From Bradymonadia bacterium (GTDB lineage: Bacteria; Myxococcota_A; Bradymonadia; UBA7976; UBA1532), in contig JBKAGE010000038.1 in the NCBI GenBank assembly GCA_046290225.1, positions 265,491-329,490 on the forward strand: 64,000 nt of DNA. The letters run 5' to 3'. The translations under genes and the position numbers were made by a program. The notes below the pieces were generated by a model that was given only the letters and a program-made list of their open reading frames with translations, was not told the origin of the DNA and made no database searches. This document shows, in pieces, positions 1-10,071 of the stretch. Numbering within the stretch: the stretch's first letter is position 1; each line of letters starts with the position of its first letter.

Positions 1-3000
1 ACGGCGCAGATCCCAACGCCCGCGAAACAGGGCTGGCCCACATCCGTGGGGTTCTCGTCGGTGAAGCTGTCGCAGTCGTCGTCTTCCCCGTTGCACAACT
101 CTGGCTGGGGCTGGCCGAGCTCGGCATCACAGACAACTCGATCCCCACCAGCGGAGCACGCGAAGGTGCCCTGAGCCAGACATGCACCGATGCCGCTCAA
201 GCATGGCTGCCCGAGGTTGTTGAAGTTCTCGTCGGTGGCCCCATCGCAGTCATCGTCGAGGCCGTTGCACAGCTCCGCCACAGGTGAGGGCCCCTGGGCG
301 CCGCCGCAGGTGGTGCCGATGCGCTCGACGTCGCAGACCAGCTGACCCTCCACAGCACAGAGTCCGAGGCCCCGAATACAGGCCGTGCCGAGGTCGAAGT
401 CTTCGTCGACGCTGCCATCGCAGTCGTTGTCAGCCTCGTCGCAGCGCTCGTTCCTCGGGGTGATCTCGTTCTGGCACTGGCCAAAGGCCCCACCCGCACA
501 GGTGCGGTTGCCGGCGCGACACAAACCCTGGTCGAGAGTGCCCTCGGCGCCGGTGTAGCAGACTTCAGTGAGGGCACCTCCGTTGGGGCCCTCGTCGAAG
601 CTGCCGTCACAATCGTCGTCGAGGCCATTGCAGGTTTCATCCTGAGGCTCGCCGATGTCGGCGACGCACGCCACGCCGCCGTTGCCATTGCAGGCCAGGG
701 TGCCTTCGTCCCGGCAAATGCCGAGACCGGCGAAGCACACATTGCCGACGCCGAAGCCTTCATCGATGCGGCCGTCACAGTCTTCATCGAGACCGTTGCA
801 CCGTTCGTTGGTGGGCAACACTTGACCATTGCACTGGCCCAGGCTGCCTTCGGCGCAGAGGGCCTCGCCCCCACGACACAGACCCACGCCCTCGGTGCCC
901 GCGGGGCCTGTGTAGCACACCCCCACCAACGGCTGACCATTGCCACCTTCGTCGACATTGCCGTCACAGTCTTCATCAGCACCGTCACATGTCTCGCCTC
1001 GGGACTCGCCAGCGATGGCAGAGCACACCACTGCGCCACCCTCACCACACTGCAGCACGCCATCTGCGGCGCAGATGCCGAGGCCCTCGGTACAGGCGTC
1101 ACCCAAGCCCAGGCCCTCGTCGGCCTGGCCGTCACAATCATCGTCGAGGCCGTTGCACGCCTCGTCCACCGACACACCCGGCGTCGCGTTGCAGCTCAGG
1201 CCGCCAGCGTCGGGGGCACAGACGACCTGCCCCCCGCGACGACACTGGCCGACACCGGTGCTGCAGTCTGCGCCGATGCCGTCGAGGTTCTCGTCGGCCT
1301 GACCGTCACAATCATTGTCTTCGCCATCACACAGCTCGGCCTGGGGGGTGATCTGGGCCTCACAGGGGCCAAAACCGCCCTGGGGCTGACACACCTGAGT
1401 GCCTGCCTGACAGAGGCCCACGCCCTCGGTGCCTTCGGGCCCTCCGTAACAGGCCCGACGCTCGCCCGGCTCGCAGTTGCAATCCACCCCGTCGTCGATC
1501 ACGCCATTGCAGTCGTTGTCCACGCCATCGCAGATCTCCAACGAAGGCAGGACCTGCTCGATGCAGGCGCCCGGCACACCACCGGCGCATGCACGTACCC
1601 CGGGGGCGCACTGGCCCACGCCCTCTGAGCCCTCAGGACCGTCGTAGCAAGGGGCCTGAGCCTCGTCGGTGGTGCCGTCGCAGTCGTTGTCCTCGCCATC
1701 ACACACATCATCCACGGGGCCCTGCTGACCCACGCACAGCCCAGGTGCACCTGCGACACATGCCTGTCGACCGTCGGCGCACAGGCCTACTCGGCGGGTA
1801 CCTTCGGGGCCGTCGTAGCAAGCCACCTCCAACAGGGCTTCGTCCGCCTGACCATCACAGTCGTTGTCTTCGCCGTCACACAGCTCGGGGCTCGGCGCTG
1901 CAGGCACAGCGTCACACCGCAGGCCCTCGCCGTTGGGCTGGCACACCACCACCCCTTCGCGGCGACATTGCCCGATCCCGAGCTGGCAGGCGGCCCCTAC
2001 CCCTTCGAAGCCTTCGTCGGTAACGCCGTCACAATCATCGTCGATGCCATTGCAGCGCTCCTGAATGGGCTCCCCGGGCTGAGCGGTACAAATCACGCCG
2101 CCCAGCTCACTGCACAGGAACACCCCATCGGCGGCGCAGGCGCCGAGGCCCTCGGTGCAGGCGCTGCCGGGGCTGAAGTCCTCGTCGAAGCGGCCATCGC
2201 AGTCCTGGTCGAGACCATCACATGTCTCGTCGACGGGGATCACCTGCCCCTCACACACACCAAAGTCGCCATCGACACAGGCCTGGCTGCCTCCCTGACA
2301 GAGCCCCTGCCCCTCGGACCCCTCTGGGCCCTCGTAGCAAATGCGCCGGAGAGGCTGGCCGTTGCCCCCTTCGTCGGTGCGGCCGTCGCAGTCGTCGTCG
2401 ATGCCATTGCACGTCTCCAACCCGGGGAAGCCCGGTGAGACGTTGCAGCGCAGGTTGCCGTCGAGATCACACTGCGACATGCCGACGTTCTCGCACGCCC
2501 CCACGCCTACGGTGCAGGCCCCGCCAATGTCGAAATCTTCGTCAGTGATGCCGTCGCAGTCGTCGTCCAGCTCGTTGCACAGTTCCATTTGAGGCGGCAG
2601 GGGCAGCGCGTCACAGCGTGTACCCTGACCGTTGGGATCACAGCTGATGAGCCCCTGGACTCTGCACTGCCCCACCCCCTGCTCACAGGCCTGCCCCAGT
2701 TCGGGGAAGCCTTCGTCAAGGCGGGTGTCGCAGTCGTTGTCCAGGCCATCGCACCGCTCGACGTCGGGCCTCTGCTCGCCGACGCACAGTCCGAAGATCC
2801 CTTCGTCGTCACAAGTCTGCACGCCGCCACGACACACCCCGATGCCCTGGGTATCCTGAGGCCCCCCGTAGCAGGGCCGCTCTTCCCCGAGGGCACAACG
2901 GCACTGCACCCCTTCATCGATGTTGCCATCGCAGTCTTCATCGATGCCGGAGCACTGCTCTTCTCCAGGCGGCAGCGGGTTCCCTGCGCAGATGAGCGCC

Positions 3001-3869
3001 CCACGCATCTCATCGCAGGCGAGCTGGCCCATGGCCGTGCACTGGCCGAGGCCCACGACGCAGGCCTCTCCAATCTGCTCATAGCCTTCGTCGACGTTGC
3101 CGTCGCAGTCTTCGTCGCCCTCACCACACAGCTCGAGGCCAGGGATCACCTGCCCCTCACAGGCACCGTATGCACCCTCGGTGCACACCCGGCGGCCGCC
3201 TGCGCAGGTGCCGATCCCTTCGGACCCTTCAGGGCCCTCGTAGCAAGGCTCAGTCAGCGGGTTGCCGCCTTCACCCTCATCGGTGGTGCCATCGCAATCG
3301 TCGTCTTCGCCATTGCACAGCTCGACCGACGGCGCCCCTGCGGTGACGTTGCACTGCACGTCCTGACCATTGGGGCCACAGACCATGGAGCCTTCCTCAG
3401 CACACAGACCAAGGCCTTCGGTGCACGGGTTGCCCAGCTCGGGGAAGTCTTCGTCGGCCCGGCCGTCACAGTCATCGTCTTCGCCGTTGCACACGTCTTC
3501 GGGCCATTGGCATTCGCCCCATGTGCCGGCGTCGCAACTCTGCGTGCCGCCGCCACACGGATCATCCGGGCAATCGCGGACATCACCATCCCTGCACTCA
3601 CCGGCAGCGCCGCCCATGCCGCCCGCTTCACCACCTGCACCACCAGGGGCACCACCCTCGGCGCCCGCTCCACCTTCACCGCCCGCACCAGCACCCCCAT
3701 CGATCTCGATGGGCTCTGCATCGGCGACGACCGCACCGTTGTTGTTGCCCCCACCATCGTCGCAGGCAATGGTGAGCGCGCAGAGGGCCAGCAACCATGT
3801 CCAGGTCAGCGCGGTGCGACTCAGCCCCTTTTGGCTCAGCGCGGTGGGGCGCGGCGCAATATAACGCAT
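1..3869 (-). CDS. Large Cys/Asp-rich repeat lipoprotein (MopE-like putative metal-binding repeats), 3' partial
   Basis: Absent from the ORF track because it runs off the window. Manual translation from ATG 3869 gives MRYIAPRP...LLALCALTIAC (lipobox), a Gly-rich linker, then many CNGEDDDCDGRADEDF-type repeats. The same frame reads ...CDSFTDENPTDVGQPCFAGVGICA at positions 3-100. Confidence 0.9.
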   Translation of the reverse strand, partial: MRYIAPRPTALSQKGLSRTALTWTWLLALCALTIACDDGGGNNNGAVVADAEPIEIDGGAGAGGEGGAGAEGGAPGGAGGEAGGMGGAAGECRDGDVRDCPDDPCGGGTQSCDAGTWGECQWPEDVCNGEDDDCDGRADEDFPELGNPCTEGLGLCAEEGSMVCGPNGQDVQCNVTAGAPSVELCNGEDDDCDGTTDEGEGGNPLTEPCYEGPEGSEGIGTCAGGRRVCTEGAYGACEGQVIPGLELCGEGDEDCDGNVDEGYEQIGEACVVGLGQCTAMGQLACDEMRGALICAGNPLPPGEEQCSGIDEDCDGNIDEGVQCRCALGEERPCYGGPQDTQGIGVCRGGVQTCDDEGIFGLCVGEQRPDVERCDGLDNDCDTRLDEGFPELGQACEQGVGQCRVQGLISCDPNGQGTRCDALPLPPQMELCNELDDDCDGITDEDFDIGGACTVGVGACENVGMSQCDLDGNLRCNVSPGFPGLETCNGIDDDCDGRTDEGGNGQPLRRICYEGPEGSEGQGLCQGGSQACVDGDFGVCEGQVIPVDETCDGLDQDCDGRFDEDFSPGSACTEGLGACAADGVFLCSELGGVICTAQPGEPIQERCNGIDDDCDGVTDEGFEGVGAACQLGIGQCRREGVVVCQPNGEGLRCDAVPAAPSPELCDGEDNDCDGQADEALLEVACYDGPEGTRRVGLCADGRQACVAGAPGLCVGQQGPVDDVCDGEDNDCDGTTDEAQAPCYDGPEGSEGVGQCAPGVRACAGGVPGACIEQVLPSLEICDGVDNDCNGVIDDGVDCNCEPGERRACYGGPEGTEGVGLCQAGTQVCQPQGGFGPCEAQITPQAELCDGEDNDCDGQADENLDGIGADCSTGVGQCRRGGQVVCAPDAGGLSCNATPGVSVDEACNGLDDDCDGQADEGLGLGDACTEGLGICAADGVLQCGEGGAVVCSAIAGESRGETCDGADEDCDGNVDEGGNGQPLVGVCYTGPAGTEGVGLCRGGEALCAEGSLGQCNGQVLPTNERCNGLDEDCDGRIDEGFGVGNVCFAGLGICRDEGTLACNGNGGVACVADIGEPQDETCNGLDDDCDGSFDEGPNGGALTEVCYTGAEGTLDQGLCRAGNRTCAGGAFGQCQNEITPRNERCDEADNDCDGSVDEDFDLGTACIRGLGLCAVEGQLVCDVERIGTTCGGAQGPSPVAELCNGLDDDCDGATDENFNNLGQPCLSGIGACLAQGTFACSAGGDRVVCDAELGQPQPELCNGEDDDCDSFTDENPTDVGQPCFAGVGICA

Positions 3870-4016
3870 AGGTGATCTTTCGTGCGGGAGTGTCCGGTGA
3901 AGTGTGCTCAATGATTCTGCCGGATAACGGGGGTCGACGCACTGTTGAATTTCCCAAGTGGATTCCAGTGGCCCCGATTGTGTAAACAAGGCCATCGAAC
4001 CGCCTCAGGAGTTCCG

Positions 4017-6755
4017 ATGCATACTCTCCATCGCCGCCCTCTTCGGGGCTGGTCTCACGGCACCCTCGCCGTCCTCTTCGCCACCGGCATCACCCTCGCA
4101 GGGTGCGATGACGACTCTGGTGAATCTACCCCCACCCCTGACGCCATGGCAGGTGCCGGCGGCGACACAGGAGGTGTCGGTGGTGAAGCCGGCGGCGCAG
4201 GTGGCGAAGCAGGCGCTGGGGGTGTTGTCGGCGGTGCTGGTGGCGAAGCGGGTATGGGTGGTGAGCCCGGTGGTGCCGGCGGCATGGGCGGAGATCCAGG
4301 CGGCGCAGGCGGCATGGGTGGAGATCCGGGCGGCGCAGGTGGCATGGGTGGCGACCCAGGCGGCATGGGCGGCATGGGCGGTGCTGGTGGCATGGGCGGA
4401 GATCCCGGTGGTGCCGGCGGCATGGGCGGAGACCCCGGTGGTATGGGCGGAATGGGCGGAATGGGCGGTATGCCCATGCCTGTGGAGTTCTCCACCGGGC
4501 CACTGCCAGAGACCCCATTCCCCCGTGGGCACATCGTCGCCCTCAGCGGCGAAGACGACGCGGCATACGTGGCCTGGATCCAGGACGGCATGCTGTGGGC
4601 GGCATGGTCCCCCGAGGCCGGCATGCTCGGCGAAGCGACACCCATCGTCGACGAAGTCATCGCCCCTGCCGAGCTGCAGGGCGCCTTTGTGAACGGCCGT
4701 TGGTGGGTGGTGGTGCCCACGGCCCCCGACGGCGCACTGGTGGCCATCGACCTCGCCGCTGATCCTGAAGATGTTGAGGGCCGCATCGAACTGGGCATGC
4801 TCGCTGACTTCGACGAGGGCGAGACCCCGCGCTATGCCCTCGCTCAGAGTGGCGAGACCGTGCTGGTGGTCGGTCGCGGGATCCCCCGTGACATCACCGA
4901 GCGCGTCGACGGCGCCCCCCTGAACCTGCGCACGCTTCAAGGCAACCAGCGCGGCCCGCTGTTGAGCGACGGCCAGGGCCTGCCGTTCCCCATGACCATC
5001 GCCCCCGCTTTGGATGGTTGGGTCATGGGGGCTCTGGGCCACTGCGCCTGGTGGACCGACGAGCTGGTGTACCAGGGCCGTTGGCGCTGCCCCGATCTCG
5101 TGGCCGGTGGCCTCGTCGGCGAGGGTGAGCACCTGACCTTCGTGGGTGATCTGGCCGACGCCGCTGACCCCATGAGCGTGATGGGGGCCATGCAGGGGGC
5201 GACCCCGGGAGTGAGCCCCCTCGAGGCACCCTTCGTCGATCTCCCAGGCGCCCCCGATCTGGGCCACGCCTTGCTTCAACGCACTGGGGTGAGCGGCGAT
5301 CAGCTGGCCCTCATCCAGGGTGTCAACGCTGAGGCTGGCGACGAGGTCTCGCTTGTCTTTGCCGACGCTGACGGCACCACCCGCGTGGCCATGCCTGGCG
5401 GTGAAGACGCCGCCCCAGTGATGGCGGTCATCTCCACGGAGAACCGACTTGAGCTTGTGGTCGTGGAAGACGAGAGCGTAGCGCTGATGGCCACCGCCGG
5501 CGAGGCCGGGCCGGAGACGCCCGCGTATGCGCGGCCCGACGAGGCCTGCCCACAGGCCCTGGTGGCACCGGAAGACTGCTCCCCACAGGACCGCGACTGC
5601 GATGGCAACCCCACCAACGGCCTCTGCTGTGCCGAAGAGCAGCCCCTCTTCGAGGGCTCGTTCTCTCGACGACTCCGCGTGGGCCAGCAAGGCTTGCCAG
5701 CGCCCACGGCGCTCACCCCCGACGGTGATGGGGTGTTCTTCGCCATCGATGTGGTCCCCACCCCCCTCGACCCCCGACGCAACGACGTGATCATGGGTCA
5801 GGTGAGCCTCGACGGTGAGCAGACCGAGATCCTGAACACCTTCAGCCTGATGCACGATCCCAGCATGTTCCGGGTCACCGACAACGCCGTGGTCTTCACC
5901 GCCCTGGCAGAAGACACCGACTTGCCGGTGCTGCTCTGGTACCTGCCTCAGATGGACGGTGAGTGGGTGACCTCTCAGAGCAACGCGCCTTGTGATCCCA
6001 TCCTGGAGATGGAGCTCGTGGAGGGTGATCGCCTTCGAGTGTACTGCCCTGATGGCATTCGTCAGGTGCCTCATGGTGGTGGGGGCTTCGCCGACATCGA
6101 GGTGGTCCGCTACCCCGATAACGTGCGCGATGTGCGCTGGATCCGGCGCCGCAGCTTCTCTGGCCCTGTGGAGAACGGCTCCGAAGAGTTGCTGGTGGCC
6201 ACAGGCGTGGACTATCAGCTGCGTCACTGGCGCAGCGACCTCTCTGGCGGCGCGGTCATCGTCGAAGACGAACTGCCTCACGAGGAGCTCGATCTCCTCG
6301 GCGCCGGCGACTTCTTCGATCGTGAAGACGCAGTGTATGGCCCAGTGGCCCCAGGGGGTTACATGGTCCGCCGCACCCGCCGGCGCTGGCTCGAGGTCTT
6401 CGTGCCGGGGTATGGCTGGTCCCCGGTCCCCGGCTCGACCTGGCCCCTCGAGGCCCACGCCACCGCGGATTTGCCCTTCGCAGTGCAGTCCGTCTACCTC
6501 GGCCGTCGCCGCGATGCAGATCTGCGTATGCTCCCGGTGAGCTTCTTCGTGCACGATTTGCGGCCCGGTGGGGCCTGGTGGGGTCGCCCGCTGGTCTTCG
6601 AAGGGGGCCAGGTGGCCACCATCAACCACCGCAGCTTCGGCCTCACTGATTTCGCAGATGAAGAGGGATTGCCCCGGATGATGTTGCTGCGGGACAGCGA
6701 TGAAGGCCGGGGCTATGTCACCGGCGTCTCGATCTCCTGCGGCGAGGCCCCTTGA
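4017..6755 (+). CDS. Lipoprotein with Gly/Met-rich repeat linker, function unknown
   Basis: AGGAG precedes ATG 4017; lipobox ITLAGC; GGMGGDPGGA repeats; one degenerate repeat EDCSPQDRDCDG. Confidence 0.8.
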   Translation: MHTLHRRPLRGWSHGTLAVLFATGITLAGCDDDSGESTPTPDAMAGAGGDTGGVGGEAGGAGGEAGAGGVVGGAGGEAGMGGEPGGAGGMGGDPGGAGGMGGDPGGAGGMGGDPGGMGGMGGAGGMGGDPGGAGGMGGDPGGMGGMGGMGGMPMPVEFSTGPLPETPFPRGHIVALSGEDDAAYVAWIQDGMLWAAWSPEAGMLGEATPIVDEVIAPAELQGAFVNGRWWVVVPTAPDGALVAIDLAADPEDVEGRIELGMLADFDEGETPRYALAQSGETVLVVGRGIPRDITERVDGAPLNLRTLQGNQRGPLLSDGQGLPFPMTIAPALDGWVMGALGHCAWWTDELVYQGRWRCPDLVAGGLVGEGEHLTFVGDLADAADPMSVMGAMQGATPGVSPLEAPFVDLPGAPDLGHALLQRTGVSGDQLALIQGVNAEAGDEVSLVFADADGTTRVAMPGGEDAAPVMAVISTENRLELVVVEDESVALMATAGEAGPETPAYARPDEACPQALVAPEDCSPQDRDCDGNPTNGLCCAEEQPLFEGSFSRRLRVGQQGLPAPTALTPDGDGVFFAIDVVPTPLDPRRNDVIMGQVSLDGEQTEILNTFSLMHDPSMFRVTDNAVVFTALAEDTDLPVLLWYLPQMDGEWVTSQSNAPCDPILEMELVEGDRLRVYCPDGIRQVPHGGGGFADIEVVRYPDNVRDVRWIRRRSFSGPVENGSEELLVATGVDYQLRHWRSDLSGGAVIVEDELPHEELDLLGAGDFFDREDAVYGPVAPGGYMVRRTRRRWLEVFVPGYGWSPVPGSTWPLEAHATADLPFAVQSVYLGRRRDADLRMLPVSFFVHDLRPGGAWWGRPLVFEGGQVATINHRSFGLTDFADEEGLPRMMLLRDSDEGRGYVTGVSISCGEAP
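4250..4470 (+). repeat. Intragenic ~30-bp imperfect tandem repeat encoding GGMGGDPGGA
   Basis: Repeated GGCGGCATGGGY-GGAGAYCC units are visible in the sequence. Confidence 0.75.
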
Positions 6756-6791
6756 GGATCTACTGAGCACCCCATCGCAGCCTGCCGAGCC

Positions 6792-7574
6792 TCAGAACAG
6801 GTTGTACCCGCCGTCTACTCGAACCACCTGCCCAGTCATGTACGAGGCTTCGTCCGAGGCCAGGTACACCACAATGTCCGCAATCTCCGAAGGCTGGCCG
6901 TAGCGCTTCTGAGCAGCGCGGTCGGTGTACATTTTGGCGAACTCGGGGTTCTCGGTGAGGCCCGCGGCGAGGCGGGTCTCCACGAGGCCAGGAGCCACAG
7001 CGTTGACACGGATGCCCAAGGGGCCGAGTTCGAGAGCGAAGGTCTGCGTCATGCTGATCATGGCGGCCTTGCTCATGCCGTACACCCCCTGAAGCGGCGC
7101 CGCCCCGAGCCCGGCGACGCTGGAGATGTTGATGATGCTCCCGGGCTTCTTGGCAGCAACCAGGGCCCCAGCCACAGCCTGAATCAGCGAGAAGGGCCCC
7201 TTGAGGTTCACCTCCATCGTCTTGTCCCAGGCGGTCTCGGGGGTGTTGATGATGGGCCCGTAATAGGGGTTGGTGGCAGCATTGTTCACCAGGATGTCAG
7301 GCAGGCCAGGCCCCGCCTCGCTCCCCATCCAGGACAACAGCTCGGTGATGTGCTCTTGCTGGCCCACGTGGCACACACGGCCGATGACCTGACCACCGGT
7401 CTCCGCGACGATGGCCTCTGCGGCGGCCTCGATGGCGGGCTGCTTGCGAGAGACGATGACCACCGTGGCCCCCTCCTCGGCGAAGCGGGTGGCGATGGCG
7501 TGGCCGATGCCCCGGCTGGCGCCGGTGACGAGGGCGATGCGGCCGTGAAGACGGCCTGGGCGTTCAGTCTGCAT
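6792..7574 (-). CDS. Classical short-chain dehydrogenase/reductase (SDR)
   Basis: TGASRGIG Rossmann motif, NNAA, YGMSK (YxxxK), IRVNAVAPG. Start moved to ATG 7574. Confidence 0.92.
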   Translation of the reverse strand: MQTERPGRLHGRIALVTGASRGIGHAIATRFAEEGATVVIVSRKQPAIEAAAEAIVAETGGQVIGRVCHVGQQEHITELLSWMGSEAGPGLPDILVNNAATNPYYGPIINTPETAWDKTMEVNLKGPFSLIQAVAGALVAAKKPGSIINISSVAGLGAAPLQGVYGMSKAAMISMTQTFALELGPLGIRVNAVAPGLVETRLAAGLTENPEFAKMYTDRAAQKRYGQPSEIADIVVYLASDEASYMTGQVVRVDGGYNLF

Positions 7575-7664
7575 GGATTGCGTGCTCCGCGACCTCGTGG
7601 TCGCTGTCTCGGCTCGAAGAATGGCCGAGACACAGAGCACCTGACGTGAGTCGGTGGGGTGCGT

Positions 7665-8354
7665 CTACCTCTTGGCCATGGCGATGCCGTTGAGCATACG
7701 CCAGGCCCGGGACATTCGGCGAGACATCCGTGTGGCCCGCCGCAGACCGTTCTCCATGCGCAGCCGCGCCATCTTGGCTTGCTTCTTGGCGTAGCGGTGC
7801 TCTTTGCGCATCGTCTTCATCTGCGCCCGCACCCCCTCCATGCCCATGGGCCGGGCAGCCTCGAGCCGTGGGGGCTCGGGGGTGTCGCTGATGTCGATCT
7901 CCAGGGTGGGCACCTTCACAGTGGACTGCCCCGAGCGCAGCTGGTCCCGGGCGGCCTTGAGGCGCTCGATCTGCTTCTCGATGGCGGTAAGGGTGGTGAT
8001 GCGGTCCGCCGCCCACCGTGCATCTCGGATCACGTCGGGGTGGGTGGCGTCGAGGGCGAGGTACAGCACGTGATGAATCGCCTCGCGCATGTCCTGACCT
8101 GGAGAGATGGCCCGGCTGGCGCTGCGCCACACCTCTTCGGCCTTGCCGTGCTCGTCGCGCTCGAGGTGACCAGCCACCTTCCGCAGCGCGGTCTTCTTCA
8201 GGCCCTTGGGGGTCTTGTCGGCCTTGGCGATGCGCATGAGCATGCGAGCATCCTCGCTCACCCCCTCCGCGAGGGCAGGGGTCGCCCAGAGCAGAGATGC
8301 GACGGCCAGCAAGAGGCCTGAAGCGCCGAGCTTTCGGGAGTGTGTGCTCACCAT
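7665..8354 (-). CDS. Secreted helical hypothetical protein
   Basis: Signal peptide LLLAVASLLWATPALA; GGAGGG precedes ATG 8354; host-like codon usage. Confidence 0.65.
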   Translation of the reverse strand: MVSTHSRKLGASGLLLAVASLLWATPALAEGVSEDARMLMRIAKADKTPKGLKKTALRKVAGHLERDEHGKAEEVWRSASRAISPGQDMREAIHHVLYLALDATHPDVIRDARWAADRITTLTAIEKQIERLKAARDQLRSGQSTVKVPTLEIDISDTPEPPRLEAARPMGMEGVRAQMKTMRKEHRYAKKQAKMARLRMENGLRRATRMSRRMSRAWRMLNGIAMAKR

Positions 8355-8575
8355 GTTCCCCTCCAGAGGTCCGTACTGGGCCCCTATCGATTCGCCCGCC
8401 ATCTGTCTCTCGCGACACGCTCTTCAGAAAGAGCGGGTCTCTTTTGTTTACCGAAAAATTCGGTATGAGACGAACGGTGGCTGCAGTTCTTTCATCAAAT
8501 CTGAATTTTTCTGCGCGTATCCGTTGTTTTTATCCCTCGCCGCAGTGTGTACGCTCAGATTCACCTTTCGATCTC

Positions 8576-8735
8576 ATCGCACTCTGCAATCGGATTGAGT
8601 GTGAGTGCTTGCCTTGAGGGCAGATTTCGAGGTTGAAGATGCTCGACGATGCTTCGGCATCGCCTGCGCTCTTCGCCCCCGAACTCTGACCTCAATCCTG
8701 CGCCCTCCCGACTCAATCCGATTGCAGAGCACGAT
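8576..8735. repeat. 160-bp imperfect palindrome with 25-bp terminal inverted repeats (REPIN-like or structured RNA)
   Basis: 8576-8600 ATCGCACTCTGCAATCGGATTGAGT pairs with 8711-8735 (2 mismatches); inner TTGAGG/CCTCAA and GAAGA/TCTTC; central CGATGC-TTCG-GCATCG at 8647-8662. Confidence 0.75.
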
Positions 8736-8783
8736 CAGGCCTTCGCCGACAGTGCATGCTGTCACAATCCGAGGAGAGGCACC

Positions 8784-10058
8784 ATGCCTGCTCAGAGCGC
8801 CACCAGCGCGTCCATCCGCTGGGGCCGTACGCTCACCATCGCACTGATCGCTGCAGGGGCCGCTGCCACGGGCCTGTTTCTCTATCTGAGATCACCTGTG
8901 GAGCCGCCCAAAGGTCCTGCACAACCTGAGGGCGAATCTTTTTCTGCAGGTGTCACTGCGGCCTTCGATGGTGCAGATCGCCAGCGCCAACGGCTCGCCG
9001 TCGACCTGACCCCTGTGGGGCAGTTCGAGCTGCCCACCGACATTCAGTTCGCCCCCAATGGACTGATGATCGTCCTGCAGAAGCAGGGCGGCGCTCGCTG
9101 GCATGACCTCGAGACCGGAGAGCAGGGCACATGGTTCGACACCAAAGTGCTCACCCGATCAGAGCAGGGGCTGTTGGGTCTTGCCTTCCACCCTGATTAT
9201 TCGGCGAACGGCAAGATCTACCTGAACATGGTGGTCTCGAAGCGGGGCAAGCCCTTCACCCGCATTCAGGTCTGGCAGATGCCCCAGGGGGCCAGCATCA
9301 AGGACACAGCCCCAACCCCCGGGCCAGTGCTCATGGATGTATTGCAGCCCTACGCCAACCACAACGCCGGCCAGGTGGCCTTTGGCCCCGACGGGTTTCT
9401 ATACGTGGGCCTTGGCGACGGCGGCCACGCCAATGATCCACACGATCATGGGCAGAACACTCGGAGCTTTCTGGGATCGATGTTGCGCCTCGACGTCGAT
9501 CACCCAGCACTAGGCAAGCCATATGGGATCCCGAAGGACAACCCCTTCGTCGGTCAGGACACCCACAAGCCGGAGATGTGGGCGGTGGGTCTGCGCAACC
9601 CCTGGCGATACAGCTTTACCCCCGATGGCCGCCTCGTCACCGGCGACGTGGGCCAGAACAAGTGGGAGGAGATCACGTTCGTCCCCAAGGGTGGAAACCT
9701 GGGCTGGCGCCTCAGAGAAGCCGCGCACTGCTTCAAGCCTGCTCGGGACTGCGTCGTCGATGGGTTGACCGACCCGGTGTACACATACAGCCACGCTGAG
9801 GGGCGCTCGGTGACAGGAGGCTTTGTCGCCACAGGTGATCAGGTGCCTGCCCTGAAGGGCATGTACGTCTTCGGCGACTTTGTCTCGGGGCGCCTGTGGG
9901 CCATGAAGCTGCCCGCGGATGATGCTCAGGTGAAAGATGTGACCACCCTCGGTCGATGGCCGATCAGCCCCTCCTCTTTTGGTCGTGATGCCCAGGGTCA
10001 ACTCTATGTGGCGGACTTCCGGGGCGGCCAGGTCTACCGTTTGACGGTGGTTCGATGA
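8784..10058 (+). CDS. PQQ-dependent sugar dehydrogenase (glucose/sorbosone dehydrogenase family)
   Basis: EQGLLGLAFHP, NHNAGQVAFGPDGFLYVGLGDGG, GLRNPWR and SVTGG motifs; N-terminal TM; GAGGAG precedes ATG 8784. Confidence 0.9.
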   Translation: MPAQSATSASIRWGRTLTIALIAAGAAATGLFLYLRSPVEPPKGPAQPEGESFSAGVTAAFDGADRQRQRLAVDLTPVGQFELPTDIQFAPNGLMIVLQKQGGARWHDLETGEQGTWFDTKVLTRSEQGLLGLAFHPDYSANGKIYLNMVVSKRGKPFTRIQVWQMPQGASIKDTAPTPGPVLMDVLQPYANHNAGQVAFGPDGFLYVGLGDGGHANDPHDHGQNTRSFLGSMLRLDVDHPALGKPYGIPKDNPFVGQDTHKPEMWAVGLRNPWRYSFTPDGRLVTGDVGQNKWEEITFVPKGGNLGWRLREAAHCFKPARDCVVDGLTDPVYTYSHAEGRSVTGGFVATGDQVPALKGMYVFGDFVSGRLWAMKLPADDAQVKDVTTLGRWPISPSSFGRDAQGQLYVADFRGGQVYRLTVVR

Positions 10059-10071
10059 TCCCCTGCAACGC

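Noticed and set aside
197..3875. Many mid-size ORFs listed in the track
   Set aside because: They are alternative frames of the single minus-strand repeat lipoprotein starting at 3869.
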